A stretch of 63,813 nucleotides of DNA, counting the filler, from Guillardia theta CCMP2712 (taxonomy: Eukaryota > Protista > Cryptophyta): the NCBI RefSeq assembly GCF_000315625.1. It is 4 parts of 4 records of this genome, joined end to end, with 100 filler letters (N's around TTAATTAATTAA, not from the genome) between each part and the next. Parts side by side here need not be neighbours in the genome. Positions count along the whole stretch, not along the records: positions 35,202 to 49,013 come from NW_005434590.1; positions 49,114 to 63,813 come from NW_005434317.1; 2 more parts are not named here. One strand, written 5' to 3'. The translations under genes were made by a program, and so were the position numbers. Below, piece by piece: positions 40,571-53,334 of the stretch. Within the stretch, counting starts at the first letter, position 1, and each line of letters opens with the position of its first letter. The notes beneath the pieces were generated by a model. It was not told the DNA's origin, did no database searches, and saw nothing but the letters and a program-made list of their open reading frames with translations.

Positions 40571-43500
40571 ATGGCCGGCGAAGGCGCTCCGCTGTCTCCT
40601 CGCACGATGGCGGGGAACATGGCGATGAAGCAGGCCAGGGAAGACCTCGAGGAAGGGAGAGCAGAAGGTTGTTGTCCTCCTGACCTCCTCCTGACCTCAC
40701 TGCTGTCTTGTTCTCCCTGTGAGATCCAACTCTCTTCCATGTGGTGCCTGTGTCCTGTCTCTGTTCCCCCTGCTTCAAAGTTTGATCCTGGTGTGTGAGT
40801 TTGTCGATCAGATGCCGAAATGAGTCTCCTTGCCGCCATCTCCTTCTTCGAGGAAGCAGGCAACGAGGAGCTGCTGGGGCAAGCCAGCGAGATGCTGGAG
40901 TACGTGCAGGAGGTTATGAGGTTCGGAGAGGGAGGAGTGTTGTGTGCGATGATCGCTCATGGCAATGGCAGGGAGAACCATGTAGATGAAGAAGAGGACA
41001 ACAACGACGAGCTTATGGCATCGGACGACAGCATGGAGTTGGACCGAGTCAACAGTCCCCCGACAAGGTGAGTGAAATTGATCCCTCTTTTGTCTTACTT
41101 ACCATGATTGCAACAGTCCCAAAGCTGTCATGTCCAACGACTTCACAGTACGACCTCATGACAACGTGTATCTTGTTGTCTCTTACCCGACTGTGATGAA
41201 GAATGCGATCAAAGCATTCATACAGAACCGCAACGAGGCAGAGAGCAAGTCGCTGGTGATAGCTCGGCTGACCGCTCGAGGGTATGATATGACGGTTGAT
41301 GTTCAGCTCTCCAACATGAAAGAAACGTCTGCGGTCAAGGAAAGAGATGCTGACGCTTCTGCTGAGCCTTCCTCTTATACTCGAGAGCTCTTGCTCGTCA
41401 TGGTTTGCATGGTCACAACATTCGAGGGGTAAAGCGAAGGATATTGACAATGGGATGCAGTTGAGAGATTGTCGAGAACAACTTGAGAGTTTCATGGAAC
41501 AAACACAGATTGTGAGATGTTTGCTCTATCCTGATCACTGACATGCTGTGACACATCCAACTTCTGTACAGGCGCGAGATCCCAGCGGATTGACAAGTAC
41601 CTACCATGGCATTGTAAACGTATCCATTGGTGGGGCAACAGTTAGCTTACTAGTCTCTGCTTAGAGGCAATATGGGAGCAGAACAGCTGACAAGTTGCTT
41701 GCTGAGCATCGAACAGGTGCGTGCGACAACAAAAACACTTGTATCTGCGCTATGCTGACTTATCCTTGTGCTGTTTGTGTTTGGGATGCTCGTTGTTGAT
41801 AAGAACTATTGGAGGGTGAGATCAACAGCCTAAGGCGTGAGAGGATCAGCCTTCTGGAGAAGCTTGAGTCTGTGGTTAGTCACGTCTCATGATTTGTCGT
41901 CTTTTCAACAAGATTGCTGACAGAGTGTTCTGCGGGAGCAAGTGAAGTACCTGGAGACTTCACTGGGGAGCATGAGAGCTGAGAAGGCGAGGGCCGTAGC
42001 GTCACGAGCTGAGAAAGTTCTGACCTGCAGTCTTGACAGGCTACCATAGAGAATCAGAAGTTGAGGTATGAACATCTCACTAGCGTCATTGCAACGAGAA
42101 TCCGAGTGGTGAGAACGTTAGTGCAACATGTTCTAGCACCGATGCTTCATTCTCGTAATGAACAAGACGGGATGTATCAAGATGCAATGAGCTGTTGTTG
42201 GATGTTATCAGTGCAACCTAGATTCCCCTCAGAAGAGACAACACATGATCTTTCAGAACGTCTTGTACTTCTCTCTCTTATCTTCCCCTCCAGGACCTTG
42301 AAGACCTGGGTCGTTGTCTTCAGGAACATCGTTCAAAGAATCCCCAGCTCCTCTCCGAGCTGCAGCAGGCAATCCGTTTTGCCTACAGCGTTGAGAAAGC
42401 ACAAGCGCTGGAGCAGATCGAGGGAGACGCGTGCGAGCACTGGCTGCTGACAGGTGAAGATGGAGATAATGACGAGTCGGTTGTGATAGAGTTTGTTATG
42501 ATGACGATCTTGTGATATTGGCGATATGAACATGTTGAACAGCAAACGCCATCATCAACAAAGCTGTTTCGTTCGCACTCTCTGTCTCCACTTGTCCTCA
42601 GACATCGAGTGTTGCAACTCAGGTGAAGGGAGTCAAAACTCGAGCATTTCTCCTGCTGACTATCTACAGGTTGATGGCGGAGAAACCCATGAGGTGCTGC
42701 CTGTCTGCTGAATTCTCTCATCTTTAGTTGGTTGAGTTTCCATTGCTTGCCTGCTCCTTCTCCCTCTTCTCTTCCTCCCCTCTTCCTCTTCCTTCTCTTC
42801 CTCCTTCTCTTCCTCCTCTTCCTCCTGATCCTCCTCTTCCTCTTCCTCCTGATCCTCTTCCTCCTCTTCCTCCTCTTCCTCCTCTTCCTCCTCTATCTCC
42901 TCTACCTCGTCCTTGCTGCTTATTTTCTACCTCAGTACCTCCCTTCCTCTCTTCATGATTGATCACACGACAAGTGGTTGGCTCTCTCTACACCTTTCAT
43001 CCTTCGTGCCTGCGACCTTTTTTCAGCTGAAACTATTCTCATACCTGACTTGACAACCAGTGCGAATCGAAAAGCGGCAGAGTGAGCAACGTGGAAGAAG
43101 ACAAGGCGACCTTGAAAGAAGCAAGAGCAAAAATCGACAATCTTATCGCCGGTTGACCAGGGAGAAACTCACACCTGGCTCTGACATGACGCAAATCATT
43201 GCAGAAGTAGTCGATTTCAACACCAGAGAGATGATTTTCTCGCAGCAACTTGTGTGTTTTACTCTCAAGACGTGTTCATGTCTCATCTTGCTCTCAGGAA
43301 AAAGAACAACATGAAAAGACAGTGCTGGCAGATGCACTGGCAGACCTTGAAACGAGGATGAGGAGGATGAATGATCGGATGAGGGAAATGAAGGTGAGCG
43401 AGGGACGAGGACGTGGAGAGAGGAGGACCAGGAGGAGGAGGAGGAGGAGGTAAGGAAGATGAGGTATACGGTGAATGACATGATGTTGCTGATTGGAGGA

Positions 43501-45963
43501 GGACGAGGGAGGAAAGAGGAGGAAGAAGAATAGCAGGAGCAGCAGGAGCAGCAGGAGAGAAGATGAGGAAGAGGTGAGGGGATAGATGAGGAGAAAAGAA
43601 GGAGATAGGGATGAGGGAGGGAGGAAGAAAACGAAAGTTGAGGGTGGCATGGAAGGAGGAAGGAGGGAAGAGACGCGATGAATGACGTTGAATGTCAAGG
43701 CGGAAAACGAAAGAATACAACAAGAACAAGAGAAGTGCAGAAAGAAATCTGACGCAGCGATCCGAACACTGCACCATGGTTGTTAGATGACAACCTGAGT
43801 TGAAAGATGTTGACATTTCTCTCAGTGCGATGGCTGATGCTGAACAGAATGATTCCCGAAGAGATGTCGAAGGTGAAGAACACAAAGAGACATCTGATCC
43901 TTACCATGACTGTGTGTTCACAGGCAATAATCCGACATGTGGAGCAACTGGAGCATGATGAAGATTATTTCCAACTCGACGAGCAATCGTGGGATGTTGT
44001 CAGAGTTTGCGGACTTCTCATTCACTTCCTGTGCCGGAGGAGAGACGAGTCATGTCTATCTCCTGATGACAACCTCGCCCAGCTAAACAGGCAGAGTCTT
44101 CAGGACAAGACAAGCTGTACATCAGTGATAACCTTTGAAGCCGCTGAGAAGATTCTACAAGGTGTCAAGGAGTTTGTAAGTTTTCGCCTCCCGTCTACTC
44201 TCCTCTCCTCTCCCCTCCTCTCCTCTCCTACCCCCTCCCCTTCCCTTCCCTCGCCTCCCTTCTCCTCCCTTCCCCTCTCCTCCCCCCTCCTCTCATCTTT
44301 TCTCATCTCCTCTCCTCTCCTCTCCTCTCCCCTCCCCTCCCCTCCTTTCCCTCTCCCCTCCTCTCCTCTCCTCTCCTCTCCCCTCCCCTCCCCTCCCCTC
44401 CCCTCCTCTCCTCTCCTCTCCTCTCATCCAGCCTCAGGCTGACGACCTCAAGAAGCGCGAGAAGCTACGTCGGCAGATCCTCTTTGACCTCAAAGTCAAC
44501 TTTGACAAGGAGCGGAACCAGCTTGAGTCGGTAATCCGCCTCAAGGAGCAGCAGCTCGTGAGCCGCGACGACGTGAAGCAGAGAAAGAAGCTTGACGTTG
44601 GGAAGAACATTGACAAGATCTACAAGAGCCTCCTGGTGCTGCCCATCCCCCGACGTCTTCTCTCCTCTCCTCTCTCCTCTCTCCTCTCTCCTCTCTCCTC
44701 TCTCCTCTCTCCTCTCTCCTCTCTCCTCTCTCCTCTCTCCTCTCCTCTCCACCCTTCCTACCTTCCTCTCTCTTATCCTTCCTCCTGCCTTGCGTCCATC
44801 GTCGTCTAGCTCCTGACCTTCCTCCCATTCCTTCTATCTCCTCCTCCTCCTCCCTCCTCCCACTGCTCCTCCTTCTTACCTCTCTGTCTTGACTCCCTGC
44901 TGTCCAGGAGAACTCTGGTCAAAGTCCGCGATCCAGCCAGGGCGAGCTGGGAAGCCCTCGCCCAGCAACTCGCCCAGCATCCGACGACAGGATCTCTCTC
45001 AGTCCCCGCGAACTCGAGAGGTGAGAAAAAGATGCCTAGCTGGCCCTAACCTCTTCTCGCACCTTTTCTGCCACCTTCCATCCACTTATCTCTATCCCTT
45101 GCTCCTTACCCTTCACCCCTCCCCTTCCTCTCCCTTCCCTCCTCCCTCCNNNNNNNNNNNNNNNNNNNNNNNNNNNNNNNNNNNNNNNNNNNNNNNNNNN
45201 NNNNNNNNNNNNNNNNNNNNNNNNNNNNNNNNNNNNNNNNNNNNNNNNNNNNNNNNNNNNNNNNNNNNNNNNNNNNNNNNNNNNNNNNNNNNNNNNNNNN
45301 NNNNNNNNNNNNNNNNNNNNNNNGCGCACCCACCCAATCGCGGGAGTGAGATATGCACTCCTCTTTTCTGCTCTCCTCTCCTCGCCATCTCCTCTCCTCT
45401 CTTCCGCGGCTGATCGTGCTTGTACCTCTTTCAGTCTTCTCACTCCCCGTCGGAGGATTCTAGAGGCTCTTGACAAGGCAGGAGCAAGTCCGGCGCTAGT
45501 TACTCAGGTATTTCACTGCCCGTATCCCCGTAGTCCCGTCAGCTTCAGTCCGCCTTCTCCTCCTCCCTTTCCCTCCCTCCCTCCTCCCTCCTCCCTCCTC
45601 CCTCCTCCCTTGAAGGCTTCCTCCTACATCCTCTTCGCTCCATTTTCCTCCTTTCTCCCCGCATCTTTGTCTGCCCATCCGCCTCACTACTGTCCTCTTT
45701 TTCGGCTCGTTCTCCTCTCCCTTCTCCACTCCCTCCTAAGTTCTCCTCTCCCTTCTCCACTCCCTCCTTCTCCTCTCCCTTCTCCACTCCCTCCTAAGTT
45801 CTCCTCTCCCTTCTCCTCATCGGACGCCTTCAGGTTGTCACTGCCATGGATCGAGCTGAGAAGGAGGCTGTCTCAAGAGGTCGCAGCCCTCGTGAATCTT
45901 ACCGTACTAGTACGCTCCGGGGCCAGGAGGCTGCCGGGCTCCGACTCACTGATGATTCATAGC
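40571..45963 (+). CDS. Large hypothetical coiled-coil protein, many exons
   Basis: MAGEGAPLSPRTMAGNMAMKQAREDLEEGRAE.., exon FTVRPHDNVYLVVSYPTVMKNAIK.., heptad-rich exons (LEGEINSLRRERISLLEKLES; ADDLKKREKLRRQILFDLKVNFDKERNQLESVIRLKEQQL), last exon VVTAMDRAEKEAVSR..*. Regular GT-AG introns. Confidence 0.6.
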
Positions 45964-46868
45964 GGTACTATGACTCGTAACCGTAACGCTGGCACTCAGT
46001 GTAGGCCGGCAGGCACGTGAAAGTTAACTCAGTTGTTACTTGACTGAATGAATTCGGAACTACCGTACCACACCGTCACGGTCCGACGCACCGTGCTCCA
46101 GCCAGGGTGGCCACTTTCAGGCAGTCCGCCAGGATGCCGCGATGATGGCAGCCTTAGCACCTCCAGGCTCCGGGAGTCCGGGGCCCCCGCAAACTGCCGC
46201 AGCCGGGCCCTGGCAGCCCGGTCCGGCCCGGGGGGGGATGCTCGTACTCTTCAGTGACTGACTTTCGAGCCTTCGCGCCGGGGGGCCGGGCCCGGGCGGC
46301 CGCCGGGCCGGCTGGGCCGGCGCTGAGAGTCACTGAGCCTGAATCTGACCAAGTTGATTTAACGATGACGTTACGTCAATGTAACGTTGTGTAACGAGAT
46401 GGGCATGCGGCGGCAAAAAGGAGAGGAACGGGGAAGGGGAGGAGGGAAGACAACTGGGGAGGAGGAGGAGGAGGAGACGAGTTAGAGGGGATGCGGATAT
46501 CGAAGAGAGAAAGTGAGAAAAGAATGAGTCCGAGGAAGAAGATTGGAATGGAAGATGAGAGAAAGGAAAGTAATTCAGTCACTTCACATGATTCATTCAC
46601 ATGGGGGCAGGAAATTAGTTGAATGAGGAGAACATAAGATCCAGATCAGCCACAAGGGCAAGAGATAGTGTGAGAGGTTCTTCCAAACAACCATGTTTAG
46701 CATTTCAACCTCCCTTGCAACATGCCATGCACTATCACAGTCAAACAATCATCTTGTCACCTGAAAGCTTGCCTTCTCACTCCACCTTGCTTCTGCAGTT
46801 GTTCACCTACTCTCCTAAGAGGAACACGCGAGCAGACAAGCTTACAAGCAGATTGCTCTCTCACCAAC

Positions 46869-49013
46869 ATGGGTCTTCCCCCGCAGCCAATCATCAACCC
46901 GGCTGATCGCGCGCCTGCCAAGTACCATGCTTCCGATGACAAGGTACCCAAGGCATTCCGTCATCAAAACAGGTGGAGGGCAGGTAAAGCTCCTGAGGTC
47001 AAAGACAACGACGATGATCAGTTGAACTTGGACGAGAAGGTGTTGTACAAGTTCAGACAGCAGGGATGATGATGGTGATGATCTTTGTGCAGCCGAAAGA
47101 GGAAGAAGAAGCGAAGAATGTACAACCAGACCTCACCGACCGTCGACTCCGTCGTTTGGCAGAAGGAAGAAAAGGTTATACTTTTGCAAACAAGGGACAA
47201 ATCGTTGAGGAAAGCTATGTGTTCCGCTCGGATCAGTCATGTTCTTGTGTGAAGGGGTGTGAAATGTGAACTTTGTTGATGTTGCGATGTGAAATGTAAA
47301 GAGTACAAACAGCGTGTCAGAGCTGCATGTACATTCTGTCTTGATTGTGCTCTGATTCTTGATTTGCAGAAGGAGTGATTGGATCAAGGCAGAGAGAAGT
47401 GGTTGAGGCAGAGGTCAGGGCTGAACGTGTTGAGGAAAATTTCATGAGATGCTCTCAGGTTATCGTTGGCGATGAGAGCGCCGAGGCTAAGGATGAACCT
47501 GTAAGTCTTGTTGTATGTTGTGTCTTGCTGTTATCAGCCCAGGTTTCGTTCTGATGATGAGAATCATCTAGATGGATGTATCGGAGAGTGAAGACGACGA
47601 GGACAAGGCAAGCCTTTGTTTGTTGTTGGGTGAACAGATGAAGAAGATTTTTGTTTTTAAGTTATGAGATGATGTTTGAAAACGACTTGAAAGTGATGAG
47701 ATGACATTTCTTGCCTTGAGATTGATCTCTACATGTGCGATTTGAGATGTGATGCATGACGATGCATCTAATCATGTTCTTGCCCTGCATGCAGTGTTCT
47801 TGTTCATGAATTTTAACAAAGATGGCAGCTGGAAGCGCGTCGAGAACGATTAAGACAGGTGTGGAAAGAGGAACGTCCTTGCTTTTCCAGATGGTGAATG
47901 TCTACCAGATCGCGTTGGAGAGAAGGAAGAAGGAGGAAGAAGAGGTACGGCTGGTTTCACCCTCGTCCTAGGCTTCTTCCTTCTCAGAGGTTGCTGTTGT
48001 GTAGGATGCAATGCCTGTGGAGGAGGAGGAGGAAGTGGAAGAGAAAGGAGATTCATCATCGTCGTGGGAATATGAATCGGAATCAGAGAGCGGTGAGGTT
48101 TGGTTGGTTGCCTGTGACATAGAGCATCTCTCACTGTGAAGGGGATGCCAATGATATAGGACCTGATGAAGATGATGCATTGTTGTTCCTGTTCTTGATC
48201 TTGTACTTTTTGTGTACTTGTACTTGTACTTGTCCTCGTACTCCTTGCTGTTCTTGTACTTGTTCTTGTACTTGTTCTTGCTCTTGTTCTTGCTCTTGCT
48301 CTTGCTCTTGCTCTTGCTCTTGCTCTTGCTCTTGCTCTTGCTCTTGTTCTTTCTCATTGCAATCACTGTGCTCCATATCGATTGAAATTCGCCTACAGAA
48401 GACGACAGGAAGCTTATCAAGCCGGTTTTCATCTCAAAACAGAAGAGAGAGACAATTGAGGTCACACTTGTCCATCCATTTCATCCCCTTGTCTAATTTC
48501 CATCTCGACTATCTTGTATTCTTCATGTTGATGTTGATAATTACACCAGGAGAAGAACAAGATCTACGAGGAAGAGCAGGCGGAGGAAGAAGCGCGAGTC
48601 AAGAGGATGGAAGAGAGAAGGTGCTCATGCTGTCTTCGTTATCTTTCCTCTCCTCTCCTCTCCTCTCCTCTCCTCTCCTCTCCTCTCTTCTCCTCTCCTC
48701 TCCTCTCCCCTCCCCTCCCCTCCCCTCCCCTCCCCTCCTCTCCTCTCCCCTCCCCTCCCCTCCAATACTCCTGCTTTCTCCCTGTCTGATCTTCTCATTC
48801 CTCTGCTTTTGACAGGCAGGAGACGCGGCAGATTGTTGCCGAGGAGCTTCTGAAGGAAAAGAAAATGCAGCAAGAGAGAATGACGCGCCAGGTGCTCAAC
48901 ACCAATCCTCTTGCCTCCCCTCTTCTCTCTCCTCTCCTCTCCTCTCCCCTCCTCTCCTCTCCTCTCCTCTCCTCTCCTCGCCTCGCCTTACTCTCTTTCA
49001 GGCCCGAGAGCTC
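46869..49013 (+). CDS. MFAP1: MFAP1/Spp381-like spliceosomal B-complex protein, 5' part (truncated by gap)
   Basis: RWRAGKAPE, DLTDRRLRRLAE, acidic SSSSWEYESESES, RKLIKPVFISKQKRETIE, EEEARVKRMEERR|QETRQIVAEEL match MFAP1 motifs (RY..GKRP, DPRLRRL, LKPVFIRKKDRVT, AEERRKYTLKIVEEE). Confidence 0.82.
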
Positions 49014-50427
49014 NNNNNNNNNNNNNNNNNNNNNNNNNNNNNNNNNNNNNNNNNNNNTTAATTAATTAANNNNNNNNNNNNNNNNNNNNNNNNNNNNNNN
49101 NNNNNNNNNNNNNTTCCCCTCCCTCCCTCCCCTCCCATCCCTCCCTCCCCCTCCACTTCTCTTCCTCCTCCTGTTTTCACCCTGTCCTACTTCTTCGTCT
49201 TCCTCTACCCCCCTGACTTCAACTCATGGTTCATAGCACCACGTCGAAGGAGGCAAACTCGCCTTCTTTTCCATCCTTCGCCTCCCATCCTTTCGTTTCT
49301 CTCGAGCCCTCGCTGCTCGTCTCTCCTACCGCTGTGCTTCATTCGGAGAACAAATCTTGTGCCTTCATAAAGCTGTGAGCAAAGGTTGCCATGCGATAAG
49401 AATGGTGGTGATGATGATGATGATGATGAGGATGAGGATGACGACGAGGTGGTGGTGGTGGTGGTGGTAGTGGATTAGGATTAGGAGGACTAGGATGATT
49501 GAGATGATTAGGATGACGATGACGATGACGATGAGGACGAAGACGAGGATGAAAACCCCTCTTGTCTCCTCGTGTTTCGAAGGGGCTTACTGACTCTTCT
49601 CTCGTATTTTTCTCTCTGATGATTCTCCTCCCCTCCCCTCCCCTCCCCTCCCCTCCCCTCATTACATCGATGCATCGATGTTTTTTATATATATATTATA
49701 TTTTTTTTATATTTTTTATATATACCTTTTCGGTCATCAGCCTGGCGGCCCAGTCAGCCAGTGACCGCGGGACCGGATGCGGCACTGCCCGGCGGGCCGG
49801 CAGCCGGCGGCGCCGGGCCTCTGTCGCGGCCCGGTGGCAACAGGAACTTCCGAAAGTCACACTGTCATACTGCCGGGCGGCGCGGCTATCGCCGCTCAGC
49901 CAGTACCATATATCAGGCTGATACCGAACTTCCCGGTGATGTCGGACTCGGATCATCATACTGATACTAACATCCGATGAGTCACCGGCGACCGCCGGGT
50001 GACCGTCACCGGGTGATTCCAAACTTGGCTTCCAAGTTCGGCCCCGCCGGGACTCCGGAAGTTCGGTCGGACTCCAGCCTGATCGGACACACTGCCACAA
50101 CTTGCAAGTTGTCCCCACGGGCATTGTGACTCTCGGAGGCTTCAAGCTTGTTGAGGGTTCAATGGGTCACGGTTGCCAGCCTGACGTCAGTGAGCCGCGA
50201 CTGATCCAGTGACGGTGAGCGGCCTCGGGAGTCGGAGCTTGCCATCAATCTTGGCACTGAAAAGAAGCATCTACTGTGGGATGAACAGTGACTGCGTCGG
50301 CTGCTGACATCATTCGTCGCGCGGGTCCTCCTCCAGCATTTGCGCGGCCTGACGCCTGCGCCGAGTTGTGGAGTCGAAACTCTTCAGCTAGAAGGGTCTG
50401 TTCTGTCCTCATGTTGTATGCCGCGCT

Positions 50428-51317
50428 GATCCAGCATCGCTAGTAAACTCGACATCACAACTTCACCTTCATGTGTGATCCAGCATCGCTAGTAAACTCG
50501 ACATCACAACTTCACCTTCATGTGTGATCCAGCATCGCTAGTAAACTCGACATCACAACTTCACCTTCATGTGTGATCCAGCATCGCTAGTAAACTCGAC
50601 ATCACAACTTCACCTTCATGTGTGATCCAGCATCGCTAGTAAACTCGACATCACAACTTCACCTTCATGTGTGATCCAGCATCGCTAGTAAACTCGACAT
50701 CACAACTTCACCTTCATGTGTGATCCAGCATCGCTAGTAAACTCGACATCACAACTTCACCTTCATGTGTGATCCAGCATCGCTAGTAAACTCGACATCA
50801 CAACTTCACCTTCATGTGTGATCCAGCATCGCTAGTAAACTCGACATCACAACTTCACCTTCATGTGTGATCCAGCATCGCTAGTAAACTCGACATCACA
50901 ACTTCACCTTCATGTGTGATCCAGCATCGCTAGTAAACTCGACATCACAACTTCACCTTCATGTGTGATCCAGCATCGCTAGTAAACTCGACATCACAAC
51001 TTCACCTTCATGTGTGATCCAGCATCGCTAGTAAACTCGACATCACAACTTCACCTTCATGTGTGATCCAGCATCGCTAGTAAACTCGACATCACAACTT
51101 CACCTTCATGTGTGATCCAGCATCGCTAGTAAACTCGACATCACAACTTCACCTTCATGTGTGATCCAGCATCGCTAGTAAACTCGACATCACAACTTCA
51201 CCTTCATGTGTGATCCAGCATCGCTAGTAAACTCGACATCACAACTTCACCTTCATGTGTGATCCAGCATCGCTAGTAAACTCGACATCACAACTTCACC
51301 TTCATGTGTGATCCAGC
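50428..51317. repeat. 49-bp minisatellite, 18 perfect copies + partial (GATCCAGCATCGCTAGTAAACTCGACATCACAACTTCACCTTCATGTGT)
   Basis: Units start at 50428, 50477 ... and a partial unit at 51310. No spacers and no variants seen. Confidence 0.97.
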
Positions 51318-51923
51318 GGAGGCGCCTTGAGCATTCAATGTAGACGTCTGAAACCGGTTAGGCTTCGGGGTGTGACACCAGGTCTCAGGCTTCAAATCCT
51401 CAATGCGACTAAATTCAGCATCAAGATCCTGATTTCAGGTGCTCAGAAGAAGATTGAAATCTTGTTGGAGGATTCTCACTTCTCGAGCTCAACATTCTTT
51501 CTCTTCACATGGCCGGACTCAGTCGGGAGCGACTGAGCTTACATCATACATGATCCGACAACTTCGCATCACGGAGCGAAGGCAAGTCATCATCCGCTGA
51601 ATCACACATTGAATTGCAAAGGCAGATGCGTCGAGTGCGATCACTGAAGGTTCAGTTCCCAAGTTCACTCGAGACAGAAAAACAAAGCATTCACGACTCT
51701 AGCTAGACTGAGTCACAGGCTTAACTTCATCCTCGAGAGAGCCTGTGGCCCAAGGGAAATATCGCCTCCTCCCATCTCATGCCCCGCCCACGCACCCGTG
51801 ACTGTCACACTCCCCTCCTCTCTTTCTCCTCTTCCCATCTGCCGGGCCCTCGGGCCTGCTAGTCGCTCTGCCGCCCTCCAAGCGGCTCCCACGCATAGCC
51901 CCCCTCCCCCCCCACAAGCCCCC

Positions 51924-52372
51924 TCAGCTCTCTCCCGGTCCGTCTTGACCTCTCCCCGCGGGTCTCCCCTCCTCCCAGTCCTTCTGCAGCTGACGGAAGT
52001 ACTTCTGCGCATGCGATCGCACCTGCGACTCCGTGCGAGTCTTGACGTACTCGGCGATCTTCCGCGCGACCCCGGGCCCCAGCACCGCTCCTCGTCCTCC
52101 GTCGCTGGTCTCGCTCGTACTCGTCGTCGACTGGTAGGCGCGCAGGGCCTTGACAAAGCGAGCATGCTCGAGAGGCGTCCAGCGGTTACGAGGGTCGCGT
52201 TGCCGCTCTTCAGCCTGGCTCGAGCTGGGCACGGCGGGGGCGGCGGGGGCTCCGGAGCTGGGCGACGGGTCTTGAGGAGGGGCAGGAGGAGGAGCCTCGT
52301 CGTAGGCGAGGACGAAGGCGACGAGCGAGTAGTTCCATGGCTCGTCGGAGGGCGCAGGCAGCTCTGGGTCCA
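51924..52372 (-). pseudogene. SHAQKYF-class Myb gene copy 1; start codon removed by a ~70-bp deletion
   Basis: Near-identical to copies 2 and 3 (RWTPLEHARFVKAL..KIAEYVKTRTESQVRSHAQKYF). On the + strand it reads ..GGGTCCA|GGGAGAGAG where copy 2 has ..GGGTCCATGGCGAG...GAGGAGGGAGAGAG. Confidence 0.75.
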
Positions 52373-52760
52373 GGGAGAGAGAAGTGAGGGAAGACAGAGG
52401 ATAAGCTGATCAGAAGGGGAGGAGCTGTCGACGCGCGCTAAGAGGCGGTAGAGAGGAAGTTGAGGACAGGGATGGGAGGGATGTACGGCCAGAGGAGGAG
52501 CAGGATTGAAGGGATGATGAAGGGGTGGATAAGACGGGGGGTATGGAGGGTCAGGACAAGCCCCCGTTGCATCATTTTGTAGGGCCGTCCGTCAGCATTC
52601 AAACGATTTGAAGCAGCCCGAAATGACAGAGAAGATCAGAGGGAAGATTTGAAATTAAGTTTGAAAACCTTTCACGGAGTAGCCCTTGACAACCCCTCCC
52701 CCCCCCCAAATGGCAGGGAAGCACGCACAAAGAAGGAGAGCGACAGGGAAAATCGCTAGG

Positions 52761-53334
52761 AAGAGAAGCTGACGGATATAACGAGAAGACAACGACTATC
52801 ATCTGAAAAGACAAGCTGACGGATGTAACGAGAAGACAACGACTATCATCTGACAAGACAAGCTGACGGATGTAACGAGAAGACAACGACTATCATCTGA
52901 CAAGACAAGCTGACGGATGTAACGAGAAGACAACGACTATCATCTGACAAGACAAGCTGACGGATGTAACGAGAAGACAATGACTATCATCTGACAAGAC
53001 AAGCTGACGGATGTAACGAGAAGACAACGACTATCATCTGACAAGACAAGCTGACGGATGTAACGAGAAGACAATGACTATCATCTGAAAAGACAAGCTG
53101 ACGGATGTAACGAGAAGACAACGACTATCATCTGACAAGACAAGCTGACGGATGTAACGAGAAGACAACGACTATCATCTGACAAGACAAGCTGACGGAT
53201 GTAACGAGAAGACAACGACTATCATCTGAAAAGACAAGCTTACGGATGTAACGAGAAGACAATGACTATCATCTGAAAAGAGAAGCTTACGGATGTAACA
53301 AGAAGACAACGACTATCATCTGAAAGAAAAGCTG
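52761..53334. repeat. 47-bp minisatellite, 12 copies (AACGAGAAGACAACGACTATCATCTGACAAGACAAGCTGACGGATGT)
   Basis: The GACTATCATCTG core recurs at 52794 + 47n up to 53311, with a few point variants. Confidence 0.96.

Noticed and set aside
50428-51317. 49-bp array as a CRISPR array
   Set aside because: Units are head-to-tail identical with no unique spacers, no cas genes are present, and the context is eukaryotic.
52761-53334. 47-bp (and 26-bp) arrays as CRISPR-like or guide-RNA arrays
   Set aside because: Only sporadic point variants, with no variable spacer segment.
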